Origin: a virus
Length of the DNA stretch: 64,000 nt
IMG/VR virus record: IMGVR_UViG_3300009496_000005
Location: 1 to 64,000 of that record
Strand: one strand, 5' to 3'
The notes below the pieces were generated by a model that did not search any database, had not been told where the DNA came from, and saw only the letters and a program-made list of their open reading frames with translations. The translations under genes and the position numbers were made by a program. This document shows, in pieces, positions 1 to 7,982 of this stretch (positions are counted from its first letter, which is position 1; each line of letters opens with the position of its first letter).

Positions 1-417
1 ACACGACAGACGCCTTAAATATACTCCCGGGGAAGGCGGTCCCAACTTATTTTCACCAATTTTTCAATAATTCCCATAATTCAGAATATTCTTTATTATC
101 GCATATAGTGTGTATATATGTGTGCGTATGCTACAGCGGGGCCTTCTCGTCCTCCCAACACAGTTCTAACTATGCTACTATATAGTGTTATACTGAGGGA
201 TATCACATTTGGAAATAACCAGCAATTAAGGGCATTTAAAAGTATCCGCCCAGAACTATTGTGTATAGTGTGTTATAGTTAAGAATCATGTGAAAAGTGT
301 TGCTTATAGTTTACATTGTATATTATAAGCAACATTTACTACTATATAGATTATCACTTGACAGCATACACATTATACTATATAATAAACTTATTGAAAC
401 TACACAGGAGAACACAC

Positions 418-612
418 ATGGAATCAATTAAAAACATAGCACAGGATATATTTACGGGAGCCAAGTCAATTGCAATACCCTTAGCGATCATGTTAAGCAC
501 GTTATTTGCTATAGACTACACACTTGGAGAAACAGTTGCAGAAACTGTATTTGTCACAGGCATAATCACTTACTGTTTATACATGATGGGCAACATTAAA
601 CGTCCACTATAA
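418..612 (+). CDS. small membrane protein (64 aa)
   Basis: CAGGAG SD at 405-410 before ATG 418; two hydrophobic segments. Confidence 0.6.
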   Translation: MESIKNIAQDIFTGAKSIAIPLAIMLSTLFAIDYTLGETVAETVFVTGIITYCLYMMGNIKRPL

Positions 613-819
613 CACAGTAAAGAAACTGTTTAATAATAAAGGTCAACAGCACTTGGACCGTATTCTAAATAGTGCAATCAGAGTAGACTAACTGTTAATA
701 GAACTTGGCACCCAAGCGGAGCGTCGGGTTCTACTAACAAAATTTTTACCGCGTCGGCAGTTACTTAGTGGTGCCCAGGTCTGGGGTCTTGTTGTTAATA
801 TCAGTGATAATTAATCGTT

Positions 820-1029
820 ATGCAGTTAGATTTACACGGCGTTCGACATCATGAAGTGGAATTATTGGTAGAGAATTGGGTATTAATGAATCAGGATTCA
901 GTGCCTTTAACTGTTATATGCGGTAACAGTCAGAGAATGATTGACTTGGTTATGGCTGTATTAAGGGAAATAGACTGTGAAACAGTTGCTATGGATCAGT
1001 ATGGAAGAATAGTGATTAGAAGAATATAA
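820..1029 (+). CDS. stand-alone Smr-like domain protein
   Basis: N-terminal LDLHG motif and VICG (cf. IITGKG) typical of Smr/MutS2 C-terminal domains. Confidence 0.65.
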   Translation: MQLDLHGVRHHEVELLVENWVLMNQDSVPLTVICGNSQRMIDLVMAVLREIDCETVAMDQYGRIVIRRI

Positions 1030-1125
1030 TCAATACAGTCAATATTCCCAAGCAGATAATTGAGTATTTAACGGTGTATAACACTATTGAGATTAGGCTG
1101 GTGATCAGTTGAATTATGGAATTTA

Positions 1126-2685
1126 TCAATGTATTTGAGTATTTCCTGATAAAGGTTGGTCTGTTGCTATAAGGTCAAAGTATATTTCCCAATTACTGTC
1201 TGTAAACATACGTCTAACTCTGTAAGGCACACGGTGTTGTTTAAGCCAATTGTTTGCCCATTCTGTGTCTAATTCCAGTGGATCTGTGCCCATTGCTGTA
1301 AGCATTTCGCTGTTGGCATCGTTTTGATGTTCCCAATCTTGATAATAAAACTCTAATGCTTTCTCACGACCTAGGTGCTTTTTGATCATCACAGCAAAGT
1401 CTTTTAGTGTGGGATACTTGTCTGCACTATATTCCTCACCCAATGCACGGCGTTTTGCATTTACTTCTACTTGAAAACGCAGTGAATTCTTTTGATATTT
1501 AGGTGGTATTGAAGTGTCTATGTCTAATTTCAGTATTTTAAATGCTGATTTTAAGCCTTTGCTCTGTAACCAACTGTTAAGTGTGTCTATGTCTTCATCT
1601 CTGTATGTTCTAGGATTGGGTAATCCTTTTTGTCCAGGTAATATCAGGTCTGCATCACGCAATCCATGACGAACTTTGAAGTTTGAGAAGTATAAATCCC
1701 ACACAACGTCTAGGAATTCTTTGGCAATTTCTTTGTCGTCTGTGTGATCCCATATTAATCCTGCTAATTTATTACTGCTTAGACTGTTCTCTATTTGTGC
1801 TTCTGCTATGTAATCCTCTACTATGTCCTCTGGTTTTACATAGTTTTCTGGAATTAATTTAATTAATTGTGTATCGCTTAATGCTTTTTGAACTTCCTCT
1901 TTATCATAACTGTCTCTGTCCATGGGATCTTGTGAGAAACCAGGATGATCTGTGTATAAATCATCAACGTTGTCTAATTCGAAATCTTTTCGTTGCTGTT
2001 GATCATAGCCTACAGCACGGAATTTACCTCGGGTTTTATCAATTATGGATTTGGTAAACTGTTTACCTGCTGGTGATGTCTGCCTACCAAAGTAAAAAGG
2101 TTTGCCTAAATAACCAATTAATGCAATTAATAACTTACTGGCTATGCCTTTATCTCTGTGATTGGGATCAGTTGCTACTGTATTTCCAATATATCCATCT
2201 CTGTAAGGCCTAACACTCATGAAACCCAGTGGCTTTCTGGAGTTTGCCATAAAGGCTTTATTGCCAATATTCTTTAATTTATCTGTGAATGTTTGTGGAT
2301 CTTCATAAGGATCTATGCTGTGATATATTTGAATATTACCATTCTCATCTTGGAACAGTTCATGCTCTAGGTTAAGTCCAGGTATTTTTCCTAATTTTAT
2401 TGAGGGACCTTGACCTGAATACTTGTTTCCTGTTTGATCTCCTTTATACACACTTTGCACATAACCCATATCATCTGTTTTATAGTCAGGAATATTTATA
2501 GGTGCTTCACTGATACCTGGTTTTTTAAGTGTTAAAATCCATTTACTTGCTATCTGTCTTGCTTCTTGATCACCGAGTGTTTGGAATCTTTTCTTCAGCA
2601 TGTCTGCACTTTGCACTTTAATGAAGGGCATATCACCAGGATCAATGCTGTCTAAATACTGAAAATATTCGCTATAGTCGTTCAT
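1126..2685 (-). CDS. late multidomain protein with internal GNAT-like domain
   Basis: VATDPNHRDKGIASKLL resembles GNAT motif A; start re-assigned to ATG 2685, 5 nt after TAAATA. Confidence 0.55.
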   Translation of the reverse strand: MNDYSEYFQYLDSIDPGDMPFIKVQSADMLKKRFQTLGDQEARQIASKWILTLKKPGISEAPINIPDYKTDDMGYVQSVYKGDQTGNKYSGQGPSIKLGKIPGLNLEHELFQDENGNIQIYHSIDPYEDPQTFTDKLKNIGNKAFMANSRKPLGFMSVRPYRDGYIGNTVATDPNHRDKGIASKLLIALIGYLGKPFYFGRQTSPAGKQFTKSIIDKTRGKFRAVGYDQQQRKDFELDNVDDLYTDHPGFSQDPMDRDSYDKEEVQKALSDTQLIKLIPENYVKPEDIVEDYIAEAQIENSLSSNKLAGLIWDHTDDKEIAKEFLDVVWDLYFSNFKVRHGLRDADLILPGQKGLPNPRTYRDEDIDTLNSWLQSKGLKSAFKILKLDIDTSIPPKYQKNSLRFQVEVNAKRRALGEEYSADKYPTLKDFAVMIKKHLGREKALEFYYQDWEHQNDANSEMLTAMGTDPLELDTEWANNWLKQHRVPYRVRRMFTDSNWEIYFDLIATDQPLSGNTQIH

Positions 2686-2714
2686 ACTAGTATTTATCGT
2701 AAGTTCCATTTCGA

Positions 2715-2742
2715 TTGACAAACCCTGGAAAGATGCTATACT
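2715..2742 (+). promoter_or_regulatory. sigma70-type early promoter
   Basis: TTGACA-N16-TATACT with TG extension. Confidence 0.8.
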
Positions 2743-2772
2743 ATATACATAGTTAGGAAAAAAGGAGTATAA

Positions 2773-2943
2773 ATGGAAATAATTAAATGGATAATTGCAA
2801 TACTGAGCACTTTTTATAAGTGGACAGCAGTAGCCATATTTTTATTAGTTGCTAGTTACAGCACAATAATTATTGTATTTGGTGCATTTATTTGGGGAAT
2901 TTTAGCATTAGTTACTTCACCAAAGAATAAGGAGTTCATTTAA
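2773..2943 (+). CDS. small hydrophobic protein (56 aa, not in ORF track)
   Basis: AAAGGAG SD, MEIIKWIIAILS...KNKEFI; stop overlaps next ATG. Confidence 0.65.
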   Translation: MEIIKWIIAILSTFYKWTAVAIFLLVASYSTIIIVFGAFIWGILALVTSPKNKEFI

Positions 2944-3404
2944 TGAATAATATAGAATTAAACAAAACATTTACATTTGAAATTAATAATATTTCTTTTG
3001 GAGACTTACCCACAGAAGTATTAAATGAAATATTAACTGATGGTAGGTTAGTTTCACACTTTTTAGAACGCCAATTAGAAATATGGTTTCCTGAATTAAC
3101 ATTTGTGGATGGCAAAGGTCACGATCACATAGACACAGATGGAAATCTATATGACCAAAAGTGTTATACAGATGGTGGATTAGCATTTGCACCCTCAAAT
3201 ATGATAGGCAAAGGCAGATACATTGTAGAAGACGTTGCTACAGAACATTGTAAAAAGATTACCTATATTTGCTGTGATGTAATAGACTTCCCCACAGTAA
3301 ATGTTAGATTCGTTAAAGGCTCTGACTTATTAAAAGAGTTTCCAACATTTAAAATCAAAAATAGGAAAACAAAGGAGGACAGGAAGAACTTCTTTGAATT
3401 ATAA
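2943..3404 (+). CDS. putative PD-(D/E)XK-like nuclease
   Basis: HD...YDQK arrangement resembles D-x(n)-(D/E)xK. Confidence 0.4.
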   Translation: MNNIELNKTFTFEINNISFGDLPTEVLNEILTDGRLVSHFLERQLEIWFPELTFVDGKGHDHIDTDGNLYDQKCYTDGGLAFAPSNMIGKGRYIVEDVATEHCKKITYICCDVIDFPTVNVRFVKGSDLLKEFPTFKIKNRKTKEDRKNFFEL

Positions 3405-3421
3405 ATTTGATAAATAGTTGT

Positions 3422-4237
3422 ATGCAACTAACAGATTTTGATAACATTGTAATTAACGAGTCTAGAAGACCAGAAGTCTTAATGATTATAGAGAACGGAC
3501 AGGTTAACGAAGTGAATTTAAAAAAGATGTTGGCTACAGCAGGCCTAGTAGGCGCATTGTTTACAGCAGGTAATGTTAGTGCATACGACAACAAAGATTT
3601 AATGAAAATGGGATTCAATCCAAGCGAAGCAAATCAATTAGCACAAATGATTGATTCAGATCCTCAGCAAGCCGCAGACATAATAAACAATACAATTGAT
3701 AATATGCGTCAAATAGATGGCCAAGGTGCTAAAAGAGTTTATGGTGGAGATACTTTAACTTTTCCAAAGACTGATGCCGCAAGTGTAGGAACAACTAAGC
3801 CTACAAACTTAGGACCTATGATAGGAACTAGGCAAGACCCACAGAGTTCATCTTATGATGGCAAACCTAGTGGAAGTAAAGACCCATTTGGTTTAAGTCC
3901 TGAGATGAATAGAGGTTCGGGTGATCCTGAGAAACTTAAGAAGAATGCTTTAATACTTAGAGATGTTCTTAATGCAGATCGTTCAGTAGCCAAACATATT
4001 AATAGAGTTTATTATTCATCACAATTAAATAAAATTGTAATTATTCCTAATTATCAAGATTATGGAAGACAAGCAGGTGTAAAAATTAACAGTAAACTAG
4101 GACAAGGTGTATTAGATAATATAGGCCGTCGAATGGTTACTCCAATAATTACAAGAGCAATAGCAAAATTTGGTGTCCCTGGACTTGATATGGACAATGT
4201 TGTTATTGTCGATAGAATGTCGAGAGCACCGAGATAA
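3422..4237 (+). CDS. late hypothetical protein, possible internal virion protein
   Basis: TAAATA-N5-ATG start at 3422; long ORF. Confidence 0.6.
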   Translation: MQLTDFDNIVINESRRPEVLMIIENGQVNEVNLKKMLATAGLVGALFTAGNVSAYDNKDLMKMGFNPSEANQLAQMIDSDPQQAADIINNTIDNMRQIDGQGAKRVYGGDTLTFPKTDAASVGTTKPTNLGPMIGTRQDPQSSSYDGKPSGSKDPFGLSPEMNRGSGDPEKLKKNALILRDVLNADRSVAKHINRVYYSSQLNKIVIIPNYQDYGRQAGVKINSKLGQGVLDNIGRRMVTPIITRAIAKFGVPGLDMDNVVIVDRMSRAPR

Positions 4238-4728
4238 TGAAATTACTCGAAGTTGGCCAAGTTATTGATCTAAACGCCAGAAGAACCGCAAAAGAATTAA
4301 TTCAATTAGGCAACGACAGACTAGAAGGCATGTCTTGGCTTAATGAAAAATTCTATGAGATTAAGAAGTTAAACTGGAAAACTGTTCCTGCTAATCAAGT
4401 TTATAAAGGCTTGGTTAAACAAGCAGATCAATTTGCAGAGTTTTATGTGGTTTTTATGCAAAATTCAGAAAAGTTTTTTGATAAAGCAGATGAATATGTA
4501 AATAATATTTCAAACAGTGATTTACCTGATAATATATATGATGAATTACAGGCTGTTATAATGAGTAACGTTCAGAATAGATTAGAATTTACTCAAACAG
4601 AATTAGAGAATTTATTTGATGCAGTTTCAACACAGATGACACCTAATATGTCTAAAGCAATATCACAGAGAGCAAACAAACACTACAAATCCAGTATTAA
4701 AAATGAATCTTTTTACGATAACCTATGA
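4237..4728 (+). CDS. hypothetical protein
   Basis: TAATG-coupled ORF, MKLLEV N-terminus. Confidence 0.6.
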   Translation: MKLLEVGQVIDLNARRTAKELIQLGNDRLEGMSWLNEKFYEIKKLNWKTVPANQVYKGLVKQADQFAEFYVVFMQNSEKFFDKADEYVNNISNSDLPDNIYDELQAVIMSNVQNRLEFTQTELENLFDAVSTQMTPNMSKAISQRANKHYKSSIKNESFYDNL

Positions 4729-5512
4729 GGAAGACCTAGAACGTAGTCTTATTCAAGCAGAAAGTATACAAAAGTTCGTAACTAACCCAATTAACTACTA
4801 TATCTTTATAAACGAAGCACACGACGTCTGTGAGCGTCTAAGACACCATTTCAACCAGTTCAATTGCACCATTCTTACCAGAGCAGACTTACCTAATTAT
4901 AAGTATCCTGAATACGGTTGGGATAGCCAACAACTTATTAAACTTGCTATGGTTGATTACTTCAAAGAGGATTACTTGATATTAGATAGCAAACTATTCT
5001 TTACTAAATCCACAGATACAAATATGTTTAAAGGACTAGGTGGTAATAGATTAGTGCCAATTGATAGAGATGATATTAAAAAGAGTGTGCAAATATATTC
5101 TAATATTCTAAATAAACCTGAGCCAACGCACTATTTAAGTATGTGGCCTTTCTATATTGACGTAAAAGTATTCGAAAATATTGATATTAATTCACTACAA
5201 TTCGATTTGTTTGGTGCATTTACACCGTTTGAATATGCTTATTATTCTATTTTATGTGGCGAAGAGTATATTAATACCAATATTAATTCCAATGTAAAGG
5301 ACTGTTTAAGAGTCACAATGCAGAAACATTTCGATATAATTGATACATGGCCTGACTACCATTGCATGTTCTTCAAACCAGACCTATTAACCAGAGAACA
5401 AATGGAAATAGCATGTGACTATGTGAATAGTTTAGGAATAAAAGTCCAATTAAAACAAGCAGTTTGCAGAGAGATAGAAACTTTTATCCTAAAACCGGTT
5501 GACAATACATAA
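4703..5512 (+). CDS. DUF6492-like glycosyltransferase-related protein
   Basis: GWDSQQLIKL and YLILDSK motifs. Confidence 0.55.
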   Translation: MNLFTITYEEDLERSLIQAESIQKFVTNPINYYIFINEAHDVCERLRHHFNQFNCTILTRADLPNYKYPEYGWDSQQLIKLAMVDYFKEDYLILDSKLFFTKSTDTNMFKGLGGNRLVPIDRDDIKKSVQIYSNILNKPEPTHYLSMWPFYIDVKVFENIDINSLQFDLFGAFTPFEYAYYSILCGEEYINTNINSNVKDCLRVTMQKHFDIIDTWPDYHCMFFKPDLLTREQMEIACDYVNSLGIKVQLKQAVCREIETFILKPVDNT

Positions 5513-5526
5513 ATTGATGTTATTAT
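5499..5526 (+). promoter_or_regulatory. sigma70-type promoter
   Basis: AAAACCGG-TTGACA-N16-TATTAT. Confidence 0.65.
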
Positions 5527-5597
5527 TATAAAACTGTGAAGATTACCACTAGGTGATCTAAGCAGTATTTTGTTTAATGTTGAAAATAGGAGGTCAT

Positions 5598-5858
5598 ATG
5601 ACTACATCAACAACTACTAAGCAGGACAAAGTCCTAGCAGTTCTTTCAGAAGGAAGAACATTATCAAGTGCTCAAATGAGAGCATTCTTTGGTATTGGTA
5701 ACCCACAAGCAGTAATCCAAGCATTACGTTTTTCAGGTTATCCAATCTACCTAAATACTGTAACTGATACAAAAGGAAGAAGCAGAAACGTTTATCGTTT
5801 AGGCACTCCTTCAAAGGCTGTTATTGCCGCTGGTTACAGAGCATTGGCTACATCGTAA
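5598..5858 (+). CDS. winged helix-turn-helix protein
   Basis: AGGAGG SD; LSSAQMRAFFGIGNPQAVIQALRFSGYPI HTH pattern, YRLG wing. Confidence 0.65.
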   Translation: MTTSTTTKQDKVLAVLSEGRTLSSAQMRAFFGIGNPQAVIQALRFSGYPIYLNTVTDTKGRSRNVYRLGTPSKAVIAAGYRALATS

Positions 5859-5871
5859 GCATTGCTAAACC

Positions 5872-5899
5872 AAAAAAGGCCCTACGGGGCCTTTTTTTT
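5872..5899 (+). terminator. intrinsic terminator (bidirectional-type)
   Basis: A6-GGCCC-TACG-GGGCC-T8. Confidence 0.85.
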
Positions 5900-5937
5900 A
5901 TAATAAATATAAATGCAGGCTAACTACACACAGGAAC

Positions 5938-6891
5938 ATGGACATTAAAGACAGTATTTTAAGATTAAATGCAAGGGGCGGAGACCCTATTGTATTAGAC
6001 AATGACTTAGATGTATTGCTTACGGCCTTAATAGAAAAAGAGGTATATGCAGATAACATAGTTGAACTCAGAGACGGTCTAGTTTCTGATCTAGTAAAAT
6101 ATAAAGACACTTATAATATAGAGACAGTTGTCTTGGGTATGAGTGGCGGCATTGATAGTGCCTTAACTGCCTCATTGTTTAGAGATGCAGGTTATAGAGT
6201 GATAGGTGTTACACTCCCAATTGAACAACACCCAGACGAAACTATGCGAGGCGTTGAAGCCTGTGAGAAATTAGGCATAGAACATCTTCAAGTAGACCTA
6301 ACAAAAGAATTTAAATCGATGTGCGAAGGCATAAGCCATTTGGATTCTAACATCAATAGGTTCAACGATGATGAAGATGAAAAGGATGTTAAGATTAGGA
6401 GAGGCAATATCAAAGCAAGGTTGCGTATGATTACTCTTTATAACTTAGCAAGTTTACACAAAGGATTTGTTGCCAGCACTGATAACTTCAGTGAGTTGGC
6501 GGCAGGCTTCTGGACACTACACGGAGACGTGGGTGATGTTGCACCAATTCAAAGTTTAACTAAGAGTTGGGAAGTGCCAGCAATGGCAGAACTACAAGGT
6601 GTTCCAGAGTCTATAATATTAGCGAAACCAACAGATGGGTTGGGTGTTGCTAATGGTGATGAAGACCAGTTTGGTTGCAGTTACCTTGAGTTTGATATAG
6701 GATTGCTAAGTCGTTGTTACGGTTTAGACTATCAGTCAAACTCAAAACGTATGAAGGATGTTTTCGATATTGTTGATAGTAGAGTTGGGTCTACAGTTTA
6801 CAAACGATTTAATCCTTCGAATTTAAATCACCCAACACAGCCTGATAGGTATGACTTATTAGGAAACTATGACAAAATTTTAAGGAGATAA
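5938..6891 (+). CDS. nadE: NH3-dependent NAD+ synthetase
   Basis: LGMSGGIDSA PP-loop, GNIKARLRM, GFWTLHGD, KPTDGL, DEDQFG motifs; no glutaminase domain. Confidence 0.92.
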   Translation: MDIKDSILRLNARGGDPIVLDNDLDVLLTALIEKEVYADNIVELRDGLVSDLVKYKDTYNIETVVLGMSGGIDSALTASLFRDAGYRVIGVTLPIEQHPDETMRGVEACEKLGIEHLQVDLTKEFKSMCEGISHLDSNINRFNDDEDEKDVKIRRGNIKARLRMITLYNLASLHKGFVASTDNFSELAAGFWTLHGDVGDVAPIQSLTKSWEVPAMAELQGVPESIILAKPTDGLGVANGDEDQFGCSYLEFDIGLLSRCYGLDYQSNSKRMKDVFDIVDSRVGSTVYKRFNPSNLNHPTQPDRYDLLGNYDKILRR

Positions 6892-6894
6892 ACC

Positions 6895-7212
6895 ATGGAA
6901 AATATCATCGGAATTATTGTCTTAGTTGCTGTTGCAGGATTTGTAGCATACAAAGTATTTGGAAACAAAGACTCGGTTGCTCCAGCACCTGTTAAAGCAC
7001 CAACACCAGCACCTGCTCCAAAGGCGGCACCTGTTGTTGAGGCGAAGGCAGAGCCAAAAGCAAAGGCTCCTTCCAAAGCAGAACTAACTAAACTTACTAA
7101 AAAAGCACTTGATGAAAAGGCTTTAGAAGTAGGCATTAAGTTAGATGCTAGGAAAACTAAGGATGCAATGATCAAAGACTTCCAAAAGGAATTCAAAGCA
7201 CAACAGAAGTAG
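6895..7212 (+). CDS. membrane-anchored Ala/Pro/Lys-rich protein with C-terminal Rho-N/HeH-like module
   Basis: N-terminal TM helix, APAP linker, LTKLTKKALDEKALEVGIKLDARKTK. Confidence 0.6.
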   Translation: MENIIGIIVLVAVAGFVAYKVFGNKDSVAPAPVKAPTPAPAPKAAPVVEAKAEPKAKAPSKAELTKLTKKALDEKALEVGIKLDARKTKDAMIKDFQKEFKAQQK

Positions 7213-7227
7213 TCAACTGTTAAACCG

Positions 7228-7256
7228 AAAAAGCACTCCGAAGAGTGCTTTTTTTT
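7228..7256 (+). terminator. intrinsic terminator
   Basis: AAGCACTC-CGAA-GAGTGCTT followed by T-run. Confidence 0.85.
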
Positions 7257-7264
7257 GATAAATA
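7257..7264 (+). promoter_or_regulatory. T4-like late promoter
   Basis: GATAAATA (cf. T4 TATAAATA); recurring motif before genes in this window. Confidence 0.7.
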
Positions 7265-7286
7265 TTAATGTAACGCAAGTTACACT

Positions 7287-7344
7287 CGTTCATTCACTCT
7301 AAATGTAGCAGTGAACGGAAGTAGTCAAGAAGACGAAGGAACGC
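7287..7344 (+). ncRNA. glnA-class glutamine riboswitch aptamer 1
   Basis: CGTTCA-[TTCACT/AGTGAA]-CGGAAGTA-[GTC/GAC]-GAAGGAACGC; P1 CGTTC/GAACG and E-loop sequences match the glnA RNA motif as I recall it. Confidence 0.85.
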
Positions 7345-7349
7345 ATCTT

Positions 7350-7397
7350 CGTTCATCCTTAACAGGACGGAAGTAGGTGATAATACCGAAGGAACGC
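7350..7397 (+). ncRNA. glnA-class glutamine riboswitch aptamer 2 (tandem)
   Basis: CGTTCA-[TCCT/AGGA]-CGGAAGTA-[GGT/ACC]-GAAGGAACGC; same core as copy 1 with different, covarying stems. Confidence 0.85.
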
Positions 7398-7419
7398 ATC
7401 TCATTAAAGGAGATGTTAA

Positions 7420-7584
7420 ATGACTAAGTATCAGGAAACAGCACAACTCAAACGTGCTGTAAGAAGAACACTTAAGAATAAAAAAATTGTAGCAAGCCTA
7501 TATCAATTCCCTCACGTTGAAAAACAAAAGAGAAGTGATAGTGAATTGCCACTGTATATAACAGACAATCCGTTTTATCCTTAA
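7420..7584 (+). CDS. riboswitch-led basic peptide (54 aa, not in ORF track)
   Basis: AAGGAG SD; MTKYQETAQLKRAVRRTLKNKKIVASLYQFPHVEKQKRSDSELPLYITDNPFYP; followed by terminator. Confidence 0.75.
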   Translation: MTKYQETAQLKRAVRRTLKNKKIVASLYQFPHVEKQKRSDSELPLYITDNPFYP

Positions 7585-7590
7585 GGCAAT

Positions 7591-7614
7591 AAAGGGAGCA
7601 TTTGCTCCCTTTTT
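7591..7614. terminator. bidirectional terminator between convergent small ORFs
   Basis: AAAGGGAGCA-TT-TGCTCCCTTTTT. Confidence 0.75.
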
Positions 7615-7628
7615 ATTAGTATTTTTTA

Positions 7629-7760
7629 CTAGAATGCTTTATTGACAACGTTTTCAAAACGTCCTGCCGTCATTATTTCGTCTAGTTTGTTGAAGTAGTC
7701 AGATGCCATGTCGCGTAATGGACGAGTTAATCTGGCTACTATTCCTAATGGATTCGCCAT
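7629..7760 (-). CDS. small protein (43 aa, not in ORF track)
   Basis: CAGGAG SD; MANPLGIVARLTRPLRDMASDYFNKLDEIMTAGRFENVVNKAF; GATAAATA upstream at 7880-7873. Confidence 0.65.
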   Translation of the reverse strand: MANPLGIVARLTRPLRDMASDYFNKLDEIMTAGRFENVVNKAF

Positions 7761-7921
7761 AATATTCTCCTGTAATGTGGTAACCAATCGTATCTAACTG
7801 TTCTAATTACTTTATCACTAAAGTGAACTGCAATTATATTGCAACAATTATGTTACAATTGTGTTACAGTTTTATTTATCATTAACTACTGAGTTATTAA
7901 AAGAGTTGTGAATTCGGATGG

Positions 7922-7950
7922 TTGACTTCAAGATTGTTTGACCTTATAAT
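7922..7950 (+). promoter_or_regulatory. sigma70-type early promoter
   Basis: TTGACT-N17-TATAAT. Confidence 0.75.
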
Positions 7951-7982
7951 ATTTGTATAGGTTAATTTAAGGAGTAATTACT

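Noticed and set aside
316-417. N-terminal extension of the first ORF, and similar upstream TTG/GTG starts (2721, 3407, 16264, 48890)
   Set aside because: Downstream ATGs have SD or promoter-spacing support; the extensions run through promoter sequence
7287-7397. Mini CRISPR array (two similar repeats)
   Set aside because: The variable parts are self-complementary stems inside a riboswitch core; no spacer-length units and no cas genes
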